From Bacteroidota bacterium (GTDB lineage Bacteria; Bacteroidota; Bacteroidia; B-17B0; Aurantibacillaceae), in NCBI GenBank assembly GCA_034439635.1, contig JAWXAS010000035.1, forward strand, positions 33,297 through 97,296: a stretch of DNA of 64,000 nucleotides, read 5' to 3'. How positions within the stretch are numbered: position 1 is the stretch's first letter; every line of letters starts with the position of its first letter. Under the pieces are notes generated by a model. The model was not told the origin of the DNA. It did no database searches and saw only the letters and a program-made list of their open reading frames with translations. The position numbers and the translations under genes are program-made. Shown here piece after piece: positions 9,897-21,588 of the stretch.

Positions 9897-10925
9897 ATGA
9901 AAGGAGTTTACATAGCATTGTTTTTAAGTATTGGCATCGCTAATGCTCAAGACATTCACTTCTCTCAATTTTACGAATCTCCATTACTACTAAATCCTGC
10001 CGCAGCCGGCGCAAGCAATAGCGATTTTAGGTTTGTGATAAATTATAAGAACCAATGGAAAAGTGTTATCAATCCATTTAAAACAATAGCTCTTGCCTTT
10101 GATTCACGAGCTTACTTGAACAAAAAGAAAAAAGGAAATCACATTGGTTATGGTTTTAGTATGTATAATGACAAAGCCGGAATGAGCAAGGTTACTACCA
10201 ATCAAGTTAACCTCGATCTGTCTTATCATGTATATTTTAGCCGAAGTAGTAGTTTGAGCGCTGGAGTAAAAGCAGGTTTCTTTCAACGCAGTATCAATAC
10301 CACCGACCTTAAATGGGATACTCAGTATGATGGTAAAACCTACGACCCTTCGCGACCAACTAGGGAGAGCGCCATTTTTCAAAGCTTCTTAAAGTTTGAC
10401 CTTGCCGCGGGTATATTGTATAAATATTATAGTAGAGCCAATGGATCCCGTTTTGAATTAGGTGGGTCAATGGCGCATATTACAAAACCAAAGATCTCGT
10501 TTTATTCATCCGACCCTTCGCTGAACTTTAAATACATTGGGCATATGCATGCACAATTAAAAATGGGTGAGAATACTTTATTTTTACCTTCTGCTATGTA
10601 CGCGTTACAAGGTAAGCACCAAGAGATCATATTCGGTGGAAGTATTAAATTTTTAATTGGTCAGTCGACTCGGGAAAAAGTTATACTAAATACATTCACT
10701 CTTATTTCATCTGCCATACAATTTGGCGCTTATTTACGCGCAAAAGATGCATTGATATTTACGGCAGCAATGGATTACAAACGTAACATGACCTTTGGTG
10801 TAAGTTATGATGTGAATACATCAAAACTTAGTCAGGCTAGTAAACGCCGTGGTGGTTTGGAGTTATCATTCATCTTAAAAGGTCTAAACAATTCTAAGGC
10901 CAAAGGAAATAAGAATGATAGGTAA
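9897..10925 (+). CDS. PorP/SprF family type IX secretion membrane protein
   Basis: AQDIHFSQFYESPLLLNPAAAG, YKNQW and GVSYD...GGLELS motifs; directly follows a type B CTD gene. Confidence 0.9.
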   Translation: MKGVYIALFLSIGIANAQDIHFSQFYESPLLLNPAAAGASNSDFRFVINYKNQWKSVINPFKTIALAFDSRAYLNKKKKGNHIGYGFSMYNDKAGMSKVTTNQVNLDLSYHVYFSRSSSLSAGVKAGFFQRSINTTDLKWDTQYDGKTYDPSRPTRESAIFQSFLKFDLAAGILYKYYSRANGSRFELGGSMAHITKPKISFYSSDPSLNFKYIGHMHAQLKMGENTLFLPSAMYALQGKHQEIIFGGSIKFLIGQSTREKVILNTFTLISSAIQFGAYLRAKDALIFTAAMDYKRNMTFGVSYDVNTSKLSQASKRRGGLELSFILKGLNNSKAKGNKNDR

Positions 10926-10929
10926 TGAT

Positions 10930-11634
10930 CTAAACTCTTCTTGCTATTATCTCGCCTGTTAACACATTAGACTCGATCAGTTCTCTTAATCTATCTTTAA
11001 ACTCCTTTATTCCCATCCATTCATCAAGCATGAGATCCATTCGCTCATACGCAATAAAATTACATTTGTAAGTTCCAAGCAGCGCTATAGTTTCAAGGCA
11101 CTTAATGGTATCTGCAATAATCGGGTAATTAAATTCGAAGCAAATAATTTCAATATCAGTTCTCATTCCCCTAAAAACTTCCGATTCATAACCTTCCACA
11201 TCAATTTTGCAAAGTTTAGGTACACCATATAGTGCACATAAACTCTCAAGGGTAAGTACGCTTACTTTTTCTTTCTTGTTCCAATGAAAGTTCGAAACAT
11301 GCGTGTATGTTTTTACAAAATCAATCGACAGAGTTGAGCATTCATCTGTTTCGTCGCATAACAATAACTCTCCTTCGCTTTCATTACTTCCTAATGCCGC
11401 ACGAACTAAAGTAACGTTCTTGTTATTCTGATACTTTTTTTGGAGAGTACTCATGCATTTGCTTTGAGGCTCAACGCAAATAACTTTTGTGTTAAGCTTT
11501 AAAAACACGTCTGTTCTTTCGCCTATGTTAGCTCCAATATCAAAACATAAATCTCCGGCCTTGATAAATTGCCGATAAAAGCGCATCATTTCACTTTGCT
11601 TAAAATATTTTTTTATGAATTGAGGGATGTACAT
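10930..11634 (-). CDS. FkbM family methyltransferase
   Basis: CFDIGANIG, VEP and KIDVEGYE motifs. Confidence 0.88.
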   Translation of the reverse strand: MYIPQFIKKYFKQSEMMRFYRQFIKAGDLCFDIGANIGERTDVFLKLNTKVICVEPQSKCMSTLQKKYQNNKNVTLVRAALGSNESEGELLLCDETDECSTLSIDFVKTYTHVSNFHWNKKEKVSVLTLESLCALYGVPKLCKIDVEGYESEVFRGMRTDIEIICFEFNYPIIADTIKCLETIALLGTYKCNFIAYERMDLMLDEWMGIKEFKDRLRELIESNVLTGEIIARRV

Positions 11635-11672
11635 TATAAAAAGGCCTTGTGTTTATAAAGCTCAGGTTTCGG

Positions 11673-13112
11673 CTACTCTACAATGATCTTCTCGCTGTAA
11701 ATCTTTTCATTTTCTGAAGTGATTACAGTATAATAATATCCAGCAGCACATTTACTAATATCAATAGTATTATCTCCTGCTTTTAATTTTTGTTTATACA
11801 CCATTTGCCCAATGGAATTATAAATTACGATCTCAGGCTGCTCAAGTTTTTCATTTAACTCCACTTTAAAATTCCCCTTACTTGGGTTTGGATAAATTTT
11901 GATTGGATAACCCATCAAGATTTTCTTTAATCCAGTGCATGAAGTAACAGATTGAGTGATCACAGCATTAGAACAACCATTGCCATTATTACTATATACA
12001 TAATACTGAGTGGTTGCGGTTGGTGTAACTACAGTAGAAGAAGTATTAGCGCCATTACTCCAACTATAAGTGCTGGCGCCCGACGCTGTTAGAGTTACAG
12101 AATTCCCAACACATATAATGCTGCTTGAAGTCACTATTGATAATGTTGGAGTATTAGGAGGAGTGCTTTGAGCCACGGTACATGTTAAACAAGATGTTTT
12201 GAAATATACCCCTGCTAAAACAATATTAAAACAGTCAACTCCTGCAAGCACTCCGTAATGCGCCGTAGTTTGCCCAACAGATACAGGAGTACCTGGATCA
12301 GAAATAAAATTGTTGGCGTTTTGATTCGGTTTTGTTAATGTATAATTAAAAGATGTATTATTCAGTTTTATTTGTGCGTCTTGTTGCCTTTGCAAATCGC
12401 TTACCAACATAAAATTCGATGCTACATTCGGCATTCCGCAAACATCAAAACCATTAATAGTTACAGTGCTGGTACCAAATCCAGGAGGTCCCAATAAAGC
12501 GCCATCTGCAATGACGATGCTTCCTGAATAATTTTGAGTTACATCCTTATAAATAATAAAAAGTGTTGCTCCCTGAGCATCACTACCTGGAGAAGCATTT
12601 ACTGGAATACCCGATATGAAATATGTTCCTCCTCCCGTAATTGCAGAAGTTACATCAGCTCTATATGAATACGATGCAGGATAACCCCAACAAACATCAT
12701 AATTTTGACCGATAACTGCCATAGAAAATGATGTTGTTACGCTTTGCGGATTAGTTAAGGAGGCAGTTATTGGCGCACCATTACCTGAAGTACTAACATA
12801 TAAAAATGCTTTTAATACCGAATGACAAAAAGGTAAGCCGGTAACTACCATTGAAGCAGGCTGTACAACACCCGGACCAAACGTAAAAGCTTTCGCGCTT
12901 AAAAACACACTTGCCTGAGTATAGCTCAAACCGCAAGCTGTATTTGTATAGCTTGTGGCAATGGTCGAATTTCCATCCACAACTTTTAGTTGTGCTTTGC
13001 TCTTATTATAATCAACCGTACCGGGTTCTGCATTATAATACAATGTGTTTTGTGATAAAGATACACTACTAAATAGTGCGACAAAAATTATAATGAGTAG
13101 ATCTCTTTTCAT
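11673..13112 (-). CDS. T9SS type A cargo with DUF3344-like head and Ig-like stalk
   Basis: Signal peptide; KAFLY, YRADVT and GATLFIIYKD motifs; TLTASGASTYSW stalk; tail IYPNPSKG...IYNSIGQ...GYY...EKIIVE. Confidence 0.8.
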   Translation of the reverse strand: MKRDLLIIIFVALFSSVSLSQNTLYYNAEPGTVDYNKSKAQLKVVDGNSTIATSYTNTACGLSYTQASVFLSAKAFTFGPGVVQPASMVVTGLPFCHSVLKAFLYVSTSGNGAPITASLTNPQSVTTSFSMAVIGQNYDVCWGYPASYSYRADVTSAITGGGTYFISGIPVNASPGSDAQGATLFIIYKDVTQNYSGSIVIADGALLGPPGFGTSTVTINGFDVCGMPNVASNFMLVSDLQRQQDAQIKLNNTSFNYTLTKPNQNANNFISDPGTPVSVGQTTAHYGVLAGVDCFNIVLAGVYFKTSCLTCTVAQSTPPNTPTLSIVTSSSIICVGNSVTLTASGASTYSWSNGANTSSTVVTPTATTQYYVYSNNGNGCSNAVITQSVTSCTGLKKILMGYPIKIYPNPSKGNFKVELNEKLEQPEIVIYNSIGQMVYKQKLKAGDNTIDISKCAAGYYYTVITSENEKIYSEKIIVE

Positions 13113-13170
13113 AGGATAAGTTTTGTTTCAATTAAGGTACAACAAAAAAAGTTAATTCACAAATTGAAAC

Positions 13171-13201
13171 AAAAAAAGCCCCAACATTTCTGTTGAAGCT
13201 T
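13171..13201 (-). terminator. Rho-independent terminator of groEL
   Basis: Minus-strand RNA AAGCUUCAACA-GAAA-UGUUGGGGCUU followed by a U run; two G-U pairs. Confidence 0.8.
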
Positions 13202-13224
13202 CTAAAAAATTAATTTATTAAAAA

Positions 13225-14874
<1,650 letters not shown>

Positions 14875-14957
14875 TTAATTAGTTTATTAGATAATGAGAT
14901 GATTTGATGATGTGCGACGAAGTCATTAGCTAATTAGCCAATCCCCTCATCAGCTAA

Positions 14958-15236
14958 TTATATTATTGCAAATATGTCGCTTTCACGCATAATTAAAAGG
15001 TCTTTACCGTCCACTTGTATTTCAGTACCTGCGTATTTTCCGTACAATACGGTATCGCCTACTTTTACAGTCATTGGTTCGTCGGGCTTTCCATTTCCTA
15101 CTGCTACTACCTTACCACGCTGTGGTTTTTCTTTTGCAGTATCAGGAATAATGATACCACCAGCTGTTTTTGTTTCTGCCTCAGCTGGTTCAACCAGAAC
15201 TCTATCTGCTAAAGGTTTTACGCTAATTTTTGCCAT
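14958..15236 (-). CDS. groES: Co-chaperonin GroES
   Basis: [24 protein letters not shown] and KYAGTE; upstream of groEL. Confidence 0.99.
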   Translation of the reverse strand: MAKISVKPLADRVLVEPAEAETKTAGGIIIPDTAKEKPQRGKVVAVGNGKPDEPMTVKVGDTVLYGKYAGTEIQVDGKDLLIMRESDIFAII

Positions 15237-15404
15237 ATTTATTCGAATTTTAGATTAGTTTTTTTTAATTCGCATACGAAGGTAGCAGAATTTATGCCAA
15301 ATGATAACTATTAAGGTTTTTCGGCCAAATTTACCCGGTTTGACAGACTCAAAACGCCAATCTGACACTTGGAAATACTGCATTTATTTTCACTATATTT
15401 ACAT

Positions 15405-16286
15405 ATGGGACTTTTTAGAAAAATAAGCCTTATTGCCCTATGCTTTCCCCTATTAACTAGCTGCTATTCGCAAGGATCGGGTGGCAATTCAATAGAAGCG
15501 AATATTCCAGATAAGATGGCCGCTTACAGTTCGCATACTATTGAGATTACCATAAAAAAAGGCTCAAATTCAAGCTTTTCAAAGTATCAATTAGATGTAC
15601 CCGCAAATGTTACCTTAAAGGAAGGTATTAGCAAGGATGGAAATTTTTCGTTCGAAAAACAACAAGCTAAATTAGTTTGGGTGGAGAGTCCAAAAACTGA
15701 TGAATTTACGGTTACCATGATCATGGAAGTTGGAAATGCAAGCGGTCAAGTAATGTTTGAACATCGTTACTTCTACATTGATGGTGAATTGCGCAAAGAA
15801 ATAAGTGATGGCCCCATGCATGTTGAATTTACACCCGGAACTCCACGTGATAAAACTATTGCCGAAACAAAAAATACTGAACCAGTAAAAACAATTACAC
15901 CCGCAACAACACCAACTACTGCCGTTACAAAAACAGAAGACCCTAAAAAAGTAAACATCACCATTCCTGTTTCACAAACAATTACACCAACAAGCACAGT
16001 AGTTCCGGTGGCTGCAACAACTCCAACCAACAGTAGTAATACTACACCTCAATCCATAGAAGTAAAAGAATACAAAGTTCAAATTGGTTCGTTCGGAGCA
16101 AAACCAAGTATGGCTAAATACTCAAATATTGGTAAGGTAACTGTTGTAGAAGAGGCAGGAAGTTTTAAGATCCTGGCAGGAAGTTTCCCAACAAAAGAAG
16201 AAGCCGTTAAAAAAATGGAAGAACTTAAAACCCAAGGCCACCAAGGCTTTGTGGTGCTTTACATTAATGGGGTAAAAGCCAAGTAA
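15405..16286 (+). CDS. Exported protein: cohesin/Ig-like domain, Thr/Pro linker, C-terminal SPOR domain
   Basis: ATG at 15405 gives MGLFRKISLIALCFPLLTSC (possible lipobox). C-terminal YKVQIGSF...KILAGSFPTKEEA...GFVV. Confidence 0.8.
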   Translation: MGLFRKISLIALCFPLLTSCYSQGSGGNSIEANIPDKMAAYSSHTIEITIKKGSNSSFSKYQLDVPANVTLKEGISKDGNFSFEKQQAKLVWVESPKTDEFTVTMIMEVGNASGQVMFEHRYFYIDGELRKEISDGPMHVEFTPGTPRDKTIAETKNTEPVKTITPATTPTTAVTKTEDPKKVNITIPVSQTITPTSTVVPVAATTPTNSSNTTPQSIEVKEYKVQIGSFGAKPSMAKYSNIGKVTVVEEAGSFKILAGSFPTKEEAVKKMEELKTQGHQGFVVLYINGVKAK

Positions 16287-16322
16287 GGTAAATTCTCCTT
16301 TTTATTTTTTCAATTACTATTT

Positions 16323-16530
16323 GGGCGTGCCTCCTACAAAGTAAAATGCTATTGCAATCAAACGTTAAGCACTTTACTTTGTAGGGGTCGGGCTTTCCGT
16401 TCGCCGCGGGGAACAATCTTTTTTGCCGAAAAAGCCGAGCGAAGAGCGAGCCCTCTTCAACAAGTTCAGGATAAACTCCGCAGCCCGGCCGCGAGCTTCC
16501 AAAGTTGTATCCGGCGAGCGGTGCGCCAAA
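16323..16530. repeat. Composite REP/MITE-like intergenic element
   Basis: GGGCGTGCC...GGGGTCGGGCTTTCCGTT framing; perfect 13-bp inverted repeat cctacaaagtaaa (16333-16345) / tttactttgtagg (16373-16385); GC-rich tail with cttcaacaagttcaggataaactccgc. Confidence 0.6.
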
Positions 16531-16606
16531 TAAAACAAAATGTAGCCCTTCATTCTGTTCATACCTTTTCTTGCCTTCTTGTTATTTTTTTGGTTTATTT
16601 ACAAGG

Positions 16607-17461
16607 ATGAAGAAGATCCTATTTCTTTTTTTACTTTTTGGTGGCACTCAATTTGTTGCGCAAAACGAATTTGACAAATATGGCCCTATGGGTTGTGAGG
16701 TTTATACCGACCTTGATGAAGCTTTAAAGTCGAAAGGAAAAGTGTATAAAATAGATCTTAACTTAAAACCGATCACAAAAAAACAATATCCAAAACTAAG
16801 TACGCTTAAAGATCTGTTAGCCTTGCGTATGCGCGGAAATGGTATTACAAGTTATCCCGAAAATTTTAATCAACTCACCTACCTCGCGTATTTTGCTTCT
16901 TACAACAATAGTTTAACTGCTTTTCCTACAAAACTTAAAACATTTTTTAACCTCGAGTATCTCGAATTACAAAACACTACTATCGATAGCATTCCTGCCG
17001 AAATTGTTTACTTGCAAAAATTACGTTCATTTAAATTTGGGAATACAGATGATACTTTAAGATTACCAACCACCCTTAAGTATATTAAAAATTTAAAAGA
17101 CATTAGTATCGAGAATGTGATCATGGACAGTTTACCAAAAGAACTTTTTAAAGTGCAGTCGCTTAATTTTCTTTACCTTTCAAATACCAATACGCATTAT
17201 CTTACCAAGCATTTTGAGCGTTTACAAAATTTAGAGGTGTTTATCCTTGAGAACAATCCTATTACCAAGATCCCGAACGAAATTTACATGGCAAAAAAAT
17301 TACGAATGATCTCTTTTAGAAATAATAAGATCACAACTATTCCCGAAACTATTACCGAATTAAAAGAATTAGCATTGCTCGATCTGAGAGGAAATCCAAT
17401 TGAACAAGAAGAAATAGATAAATTAAAGGCTTTGTTACCCGACTGCCAGATTAAATTTTGA
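16607..17461 (+). CDS. Exported leucine-rich-repeat protein
   Basis: ATG at 16607 gives signal MKKILFLFLLFGGTQFVAQ. Repeated LxxLxLxxNxIxxIPxxI units (LEVFILENNPITKIPNEI, LALLDLRGNPI). Confidence 0.88.
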   Translation: MKKILFLFLLFGGTQFVAQNEFDKYGPMGCEVYTDLDEALKSKGKVYKIDLNLKPITKKQYPKLSTLKDLLALRMRGNGITSYPENFNQLTYLAYFASYNNSLTAFPTKLKTFFNLEYLELQNTTIDSIPAEIVYLQKLRSFKFGNTDDTLRLPTTLKYIKNLKDISIENVIMDSLPKELFKVQSLNFLYLSNTNTHYLTKHFERLQNLEVFILENNPITKIPNEIYMAKKLRMISFRNNKITTIPETITELKELALLDLRGNPIEQEEIDKLKALLPDCQIKF

Positions 17462-18428
17462 TCAATTGCCCTAAACGAAGGGTTGATGTTGGCTTGATCT
17501 TATTCTTTTTACACAAAGCACCTACTGTTGTATGATAACGCTTAGCAAGATATCCAAGTGTATCGCCATTTTTGATCTTGTGTAACTTACTACCGGTTTT
17601 TTTTGCGTAAGCCAATTCTGATTTAGATAAACCTACATCATGACGATGACGGCCTTTTAAAGCTCTCAAATCATATTTCGCAACAACATCAGCTTTTCTT
17701 AAAACAAAACAATTGTCTTTTAAGTTTCCACTTTTAAAATCTACCACATCCTGCGCATCGATAGCTTGACCCAAATAACGTAATTCCCAATGTAAATGAT
17801 CGCCGGTAGAACGACCTGTGTTTCCACCTAAACCAATGATCTCGCCGGCTTTTACCATTTGACCAACTTCTACATTCATTTGCGAAAGGTGACCATAAAC
17901 TGTTTCTAAACCATTTTTGTGACGAACTATAATGCAATTACCGTAACCATAACACACTTTTGCAATACGAACCATTCCGTCGAATGCCGAAACAACTGTA
18001 TCTCCAGTTACTAGGTCAATGTCTGTTCCGTAATGCGGACGGCGACGTCTCCAGCCGTATTCACTTGTAACATTTCCTTTAAAAGGCATTGAAAAGCCGT
18101 TGTCTTCCGGGCTAATAAGATCAATTTCAACGCTATCTACTTTAAATGCTTCATTAAAATTATAAGGATGTGCCATGGTGGTATCCCAACTGGCGTATAA
18201 GTCGTTACTCGGAAAAAGGATCAAACTTGTATCAACTGCTTCTTCGTCGTTACAGTCTTCGTTGATCTTGCTAATGTTTGTGTTTACAGTAGAGGTATCG
18301 TCTTTCGATTTGGTCTTAGCTTTCTTATCATCTCCGGGCTTTTTTTCATCATAAACTGACGCACTTATCGTGTTTGATGTAACCACGAGTAATGAAATGA
18401 TTATGAATATTTTATGAATTACTTTCAC
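17451..18428 (-). CDS. M23 family metallopeptidase with C-terminal LysM
   Basis: HYGTDI, TVYGHLS and STGDHLHWE motifs; LysM HKIKNGDTLGYLAKRY. Confidence 0.92.
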   Translation of the reverse strand: MKVIHKIFIIISLLVVTSNTISASVYDEKKPGDDKKAKTKSKDDTSTVNTNISKINEDCNDEEAVDTSLILFPSNDLYASWDTTMAHPYNFNEAFKVDSVEIDLISPEDNGFSMPFKGNVTSEYGWRRRRPHYGTDIDLVTGDTVVSAFDGMVRIAKVCYGYGNCIIVRHKNGLETVYGHLSQMNVEVGQMVKAGEIIGLGGNTGRSTGDHLHWELRYLGQAIDAQDVVDFKSGNLKDNCFVLRKADVVAKYDLRALKGRHRHDVGLSKSELAYAKKTGSKLHKIKNGDTLGYLAKRYHTTVGALCKKNKIKPTSTLRLGQLIKI

Positions 18429-18556
18429 CCTGTTTTAGTTGGAGTTTTGCAAAGATTGAATTTATTATGAAAAAGCCAAAGTTAATTAACGTTTAAGGCC
18501 CGCTACTTATTAACAAGTATACTCAATAAACTGAAAATTAGTTACATACAGATATG

Positions 18557-19636
18557 TTAAATTCCTTTATTTTTAACAAAATTGTCCCATTTTTCGAGGA
18601 TTTGCTGCATATCAAGGGGCAATTCGCTGTCGAAGAACATCTTCTCTCCGGTAATGGGATGCTCAAAGCCAAGTGTTTTAGCATGAAGCGCTTGGCGGGG
18701 TATGATCTCAAAACAATTTTGAATGAACTGTTTGTACTTAGCTGTATTTAATCCTTTTAAAACTTTATCTCCGCCGTATTCGTTATCGTTGAATAAATGA
18801 TGACCAATACTTTTAAAGTGAACTCTGATTTGGTGGGTTCGTCCGGTTTCAAGTTTGCATTCAATTAAAGTAATGTAACCATAACGTTTAATTACCTTCC
18901 AGTGCGTTACGGCGTGCTTACCATATTCACTTCCTTCGGGAAAAACGGCCATCACTTTTCGGTTTTTAAGATCGCGTCCTACATTTCCAACAATGGTTCC
19001 ACTATCTTCTTTCATATCTCCCCAAACAATCGCTACGTATTTACGATCTATATCTCTATCATAAAATAATTTTGAAAGCAGCGTCATTGCCCTTTCGGTT
19101 TTAGCGATCATAATTGTACCGCTTGTATTTTTATCAATGCGATGTACTAGCCCTACTCTATCTAAAACAACATCGTTGTCTAATTTTTGCGGTTTGGATG
19201 GAAGGTTTTTAAAATGATACAACATCGCATTCACCAATGTTCCGGTATAATTTCCGTAAGCGGGATGAACAACCATGCCTGGTTTTTTATTGATGATGGC
19301 TAAATAATCATCTTCAAAAGTTATTTCAAGTGGAATGTTTTCAGGAAGAACTTCTAACGTACGAGGAGGAACACTAAATTGTACCGAGATCTCATCAAAG
19401 GGTTTTATTTTGTAATTAGATTTTGTTGGTTTTCCATTCACCAAAACATTTCCTGCATCGCAAGCATATTGAATTCTGGTTCGTGTGGTGTGAGCAATTC
19501 GCGTTAATAGATATTTATCAATGCGCAACATCATCTGGCCTTTTTCAACCTTTATATTATGATGTTCGTAAAGTTGGGGAATATCTTCGCCGTTAAATGC
19601 GTCTTCCTGTTCTTCGTTATCCAGCATAATATTCAA
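18557..19636 (-). CDS. rluD: RluA-family pseudouridine synthase (RluD-like, S4 domain)
   Basis: RIDKYL S4 domain; NKKPGMVVHP, HRIDKNTSG and GRTHQIRVH motifs. Confidence 0.92.
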   Translation of the reverse strand: MNIMLDNEEQEDAFNGEDIPQLYEHHNIKVEKGQMMLRIDKYLLTRIAHTTRTRIQYACDAGNVLVNGKPTKSNYKIKPFDEISVQFSVPPRTLEVLPENIPLEITFEDDYLAIINKKPGMVVHPAYGNYTGTLVNAMLYHFKNLPSKPQKLDNDVVLDRVGLVHRIDKNTSGTIMIAKTERAMTLLSKLFYDRDIDRKYVAIVWGDMKEDSGTIVGNVGRDLKNRKVMAVFPEGSEYGKHAVTHWKVIKRYGYITLIECKLETGRTHQIRVHFKSIGHHLFNDNEYGGDKVLKGLNTAKYKQFIQNCFEIIPRQALHAKTLGFEHPITGEKMFFDSELPLDMQQILEKWDNFVKNKGI

Positions 19637-19644
19637 TGTAAATA

Positions 19645-21588
19645 TTAATGTTGGATGATGAGTTTTTGATGGTATTGAACTTTGCTTGCCTGTCCGGTAG
19701 GCTGGCCTTGAGAAGAAATTACAAGAAGATAAATTCCGTTGTTCAAGCTTTGAGTATTGATCTGTGAGCCTGTTCCACTTATTACTAATTTTCCATCAAT
19801 ACTTAAAACCGAATAAGAAATTTCAAGATCGTTATCACTTCTAATGCTTACAACATCATTTGCAGGATTTGGATACACTTTAAACGACGATGTTTCAATA
19901 TCATTTTCTTTTACACCAACCGGCGGAATTATTTTTGGGCCAAAAACCGGACGCATCATTAAGGCGCCGTAATAAGATGATTGTGTCCAACCACTTCCCG
20001 AATCGTAAAATAATTTTTGAGAGTAGTCGTAATTCCTATCGAAGCCAATAGTAATGCCGCTGGCAACAAATTGTTGTATGCCTATAAAATAAACACCGGC
20101 GTTTAAAACTTGAGGTGTATTGAATTTATATTCGTAAAATCTATTATGTCCGTTCTGCGAATATTTTGGATAGATGGAATCGGATGTAAATATTTTTGCT
20201 CCAGGCCCAAAACCTCCATCATTATAAATATTTACTTTAAATTTATACGAACTCTCGGTTAAACTTATTGAACCAATTGGGTCAAAATAAATTCTTATCC
20301 CTCGTAATGTATCTGCAATATTTAAATCGTACTTATACGCCATTCTTCCTCCTGTACCCAGTACATAATATCCTGTTTCGCAATTTCCATCGTCGTAAGC
20401 AAAGTAATTCCTAAAGCGTTGCTTTTGATAAACCGTATCATTTCCAATGCTAATATCACCGCTTAAATTTTGCATATAATGTTTAATGGTAAAGTCACTG
20501 CTATCGGTCATTGGTGTAAACGTATAACCAATACTTGGAACTCTATGCGCGTTGGTATGTTGCCATCCGCCCGGTTTAAAAGGAGGAAGGTTAGCGGCAC
20601 CATAAGAAACAAAATTTACCTGAGTATTGTTTTTATCAAAAGCGCGATACTCATACGTTGTATTTACGGTTGAAGTTCCGTTATAACGTATATAGTTAGA
20701 ATAATACGTTGCCATTTCCTTTGGAGGATTTGCATTGAACTGATACCAAGGCATAGCGCTATAATTTTTTGTAAAAGGAGCCGGAACAAAACCAATCGTA
20801 AGATCATTCCAAGCTGTATCGCCAATAATACTTCTCCCTTTATCTAAAAACACTTGATCAATATGCCAATTATCAAAGTTACCGTTAGTTTGTGCTTTGT
20901 TACGAAAACGGAACTTAAATCCATCTTTAAAATAATATGCCGAATCAACTCGAACAAAAACACGTTTAAAAACAGTGTCAAATCCATTTGTATTCAGGTT
21001 TCCTTTTAACGACCAAACTTTATTTATCCATTTGCTTGCTGTAGGATCATAAAAATCGAGCATCAGAGAATCTTGTAGTTCAGGCGAATCGCCATTACCT
21101 GTTTGCTGGTAATAAAATATTAAGGCAACGCTGTCTGAAGGTTGTAATGTTTGAGAACCTGATGTCAATAAATTTATTGGCTGCGATGTTAATGTATCGG
21201 CGTTATTAGCTTGAGTAGCTGTAAAATTTTGATTAGGCGTATACGGATAACCCATTTTATTCAATCCGTCAAATGTGGCAACACCAATACTCATTGGCGC
21301 ATTTGCCATACCAGTGTTTATGTAAACCGACGAATCGGCCCATAATTGTTGCGAGGCATATGCGGAATTACAAGCATAATAAAAATCATCAAAAAAAGGA
21401 ATATTTAAACTTGTAACTGTTGTTTTAGACACAGAATGGCTTTGCCTGGTGACCTCAGAAGGCTTAAGATCAGAATAAATTAAATTAGGATTACCATGCA
21501 TAGGTCGCAAACCCTCTTGCGCAGGCAAAAGCAAAACTCCTAAAAGCATTGATCCTATAAAAACTATTTTATTTATCCCTTTATTCAT
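19645..21588 (-). CDS. T9SS type A sorting domain protein of unknown function
   Basis: Signal peptide; LNIPFFDDF, GVATFDGL, DNWHID and AYDDG motifs; tail VYPNPANDVV...GIYLL...QKLIIQH; lies between the PASTA gene and rluD. Confidence 0.85.
   Translation of the reverse strand: MNKGINKIVFIGSMLLGVLLLPAQEGLRPMHGNPNLIYSDLKPSEVTRQSHSVSKTTVTSLNIPFFDDFYYACNSAYASQQLWADSSVYINTGMANAPMSIGVATFDGLNKMGYPYTPNQNFTATQANNADTLTSQPINLLTSGSQTLQPSDSVALIFYYQQTGNGDSPELQDSLMLDFYDPTASKWINKVWSLKGNLNTNGFDTVFKRVFVRVDSAYYFKDGFKFRFRNKAQTNGNFDNWHIDQVFLDKGRSIIGDTAWNDLTIGFVPAPFTKNYSAMPWYQFNANPPKEMATYYSNYIRYNGTSTVNTTYEYRAFDKNNTQVNFVSYGAANLPPFKPGGWQHTNAHRVPSIGYTFTPMTDSSDFTIKHYMQNLSGDISIGNDTVYQKQRFRNYFAYDDGNCETGYYVLGTGGRMAYKYDLNIADTLRGIRIYFDPIGSISLTESSYKFKVNIYNDGGFGPGAKIFTSDSIYPKYSQNGHNRFYEYKFNTPQVLNAGVYFIGIQQFVASGITIGFDRNYDYSQKLFYDSGSGWTQSSYYGALMMRPVFGPKIIPPVGVKENDIETSSFKVYPNPANDVVSIRSDNDLEISYSVLSIDGKLVISGTGSQINTQSLNNGIYLLVISSQGQPTGQASKVQYHQKLIIQH

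Noticed and set aside
14880-14957. Short ttagctaatta-type repeats between groES and groEL
   Set aside because: Too short and degenerate to support a defined element.
16374-16606. ORF 16374-16562 and the 16505 extension of the LRR gene
   Set aside because: These arise from the GC-rich repeat element; the LRR signal peptide begins at 16607.
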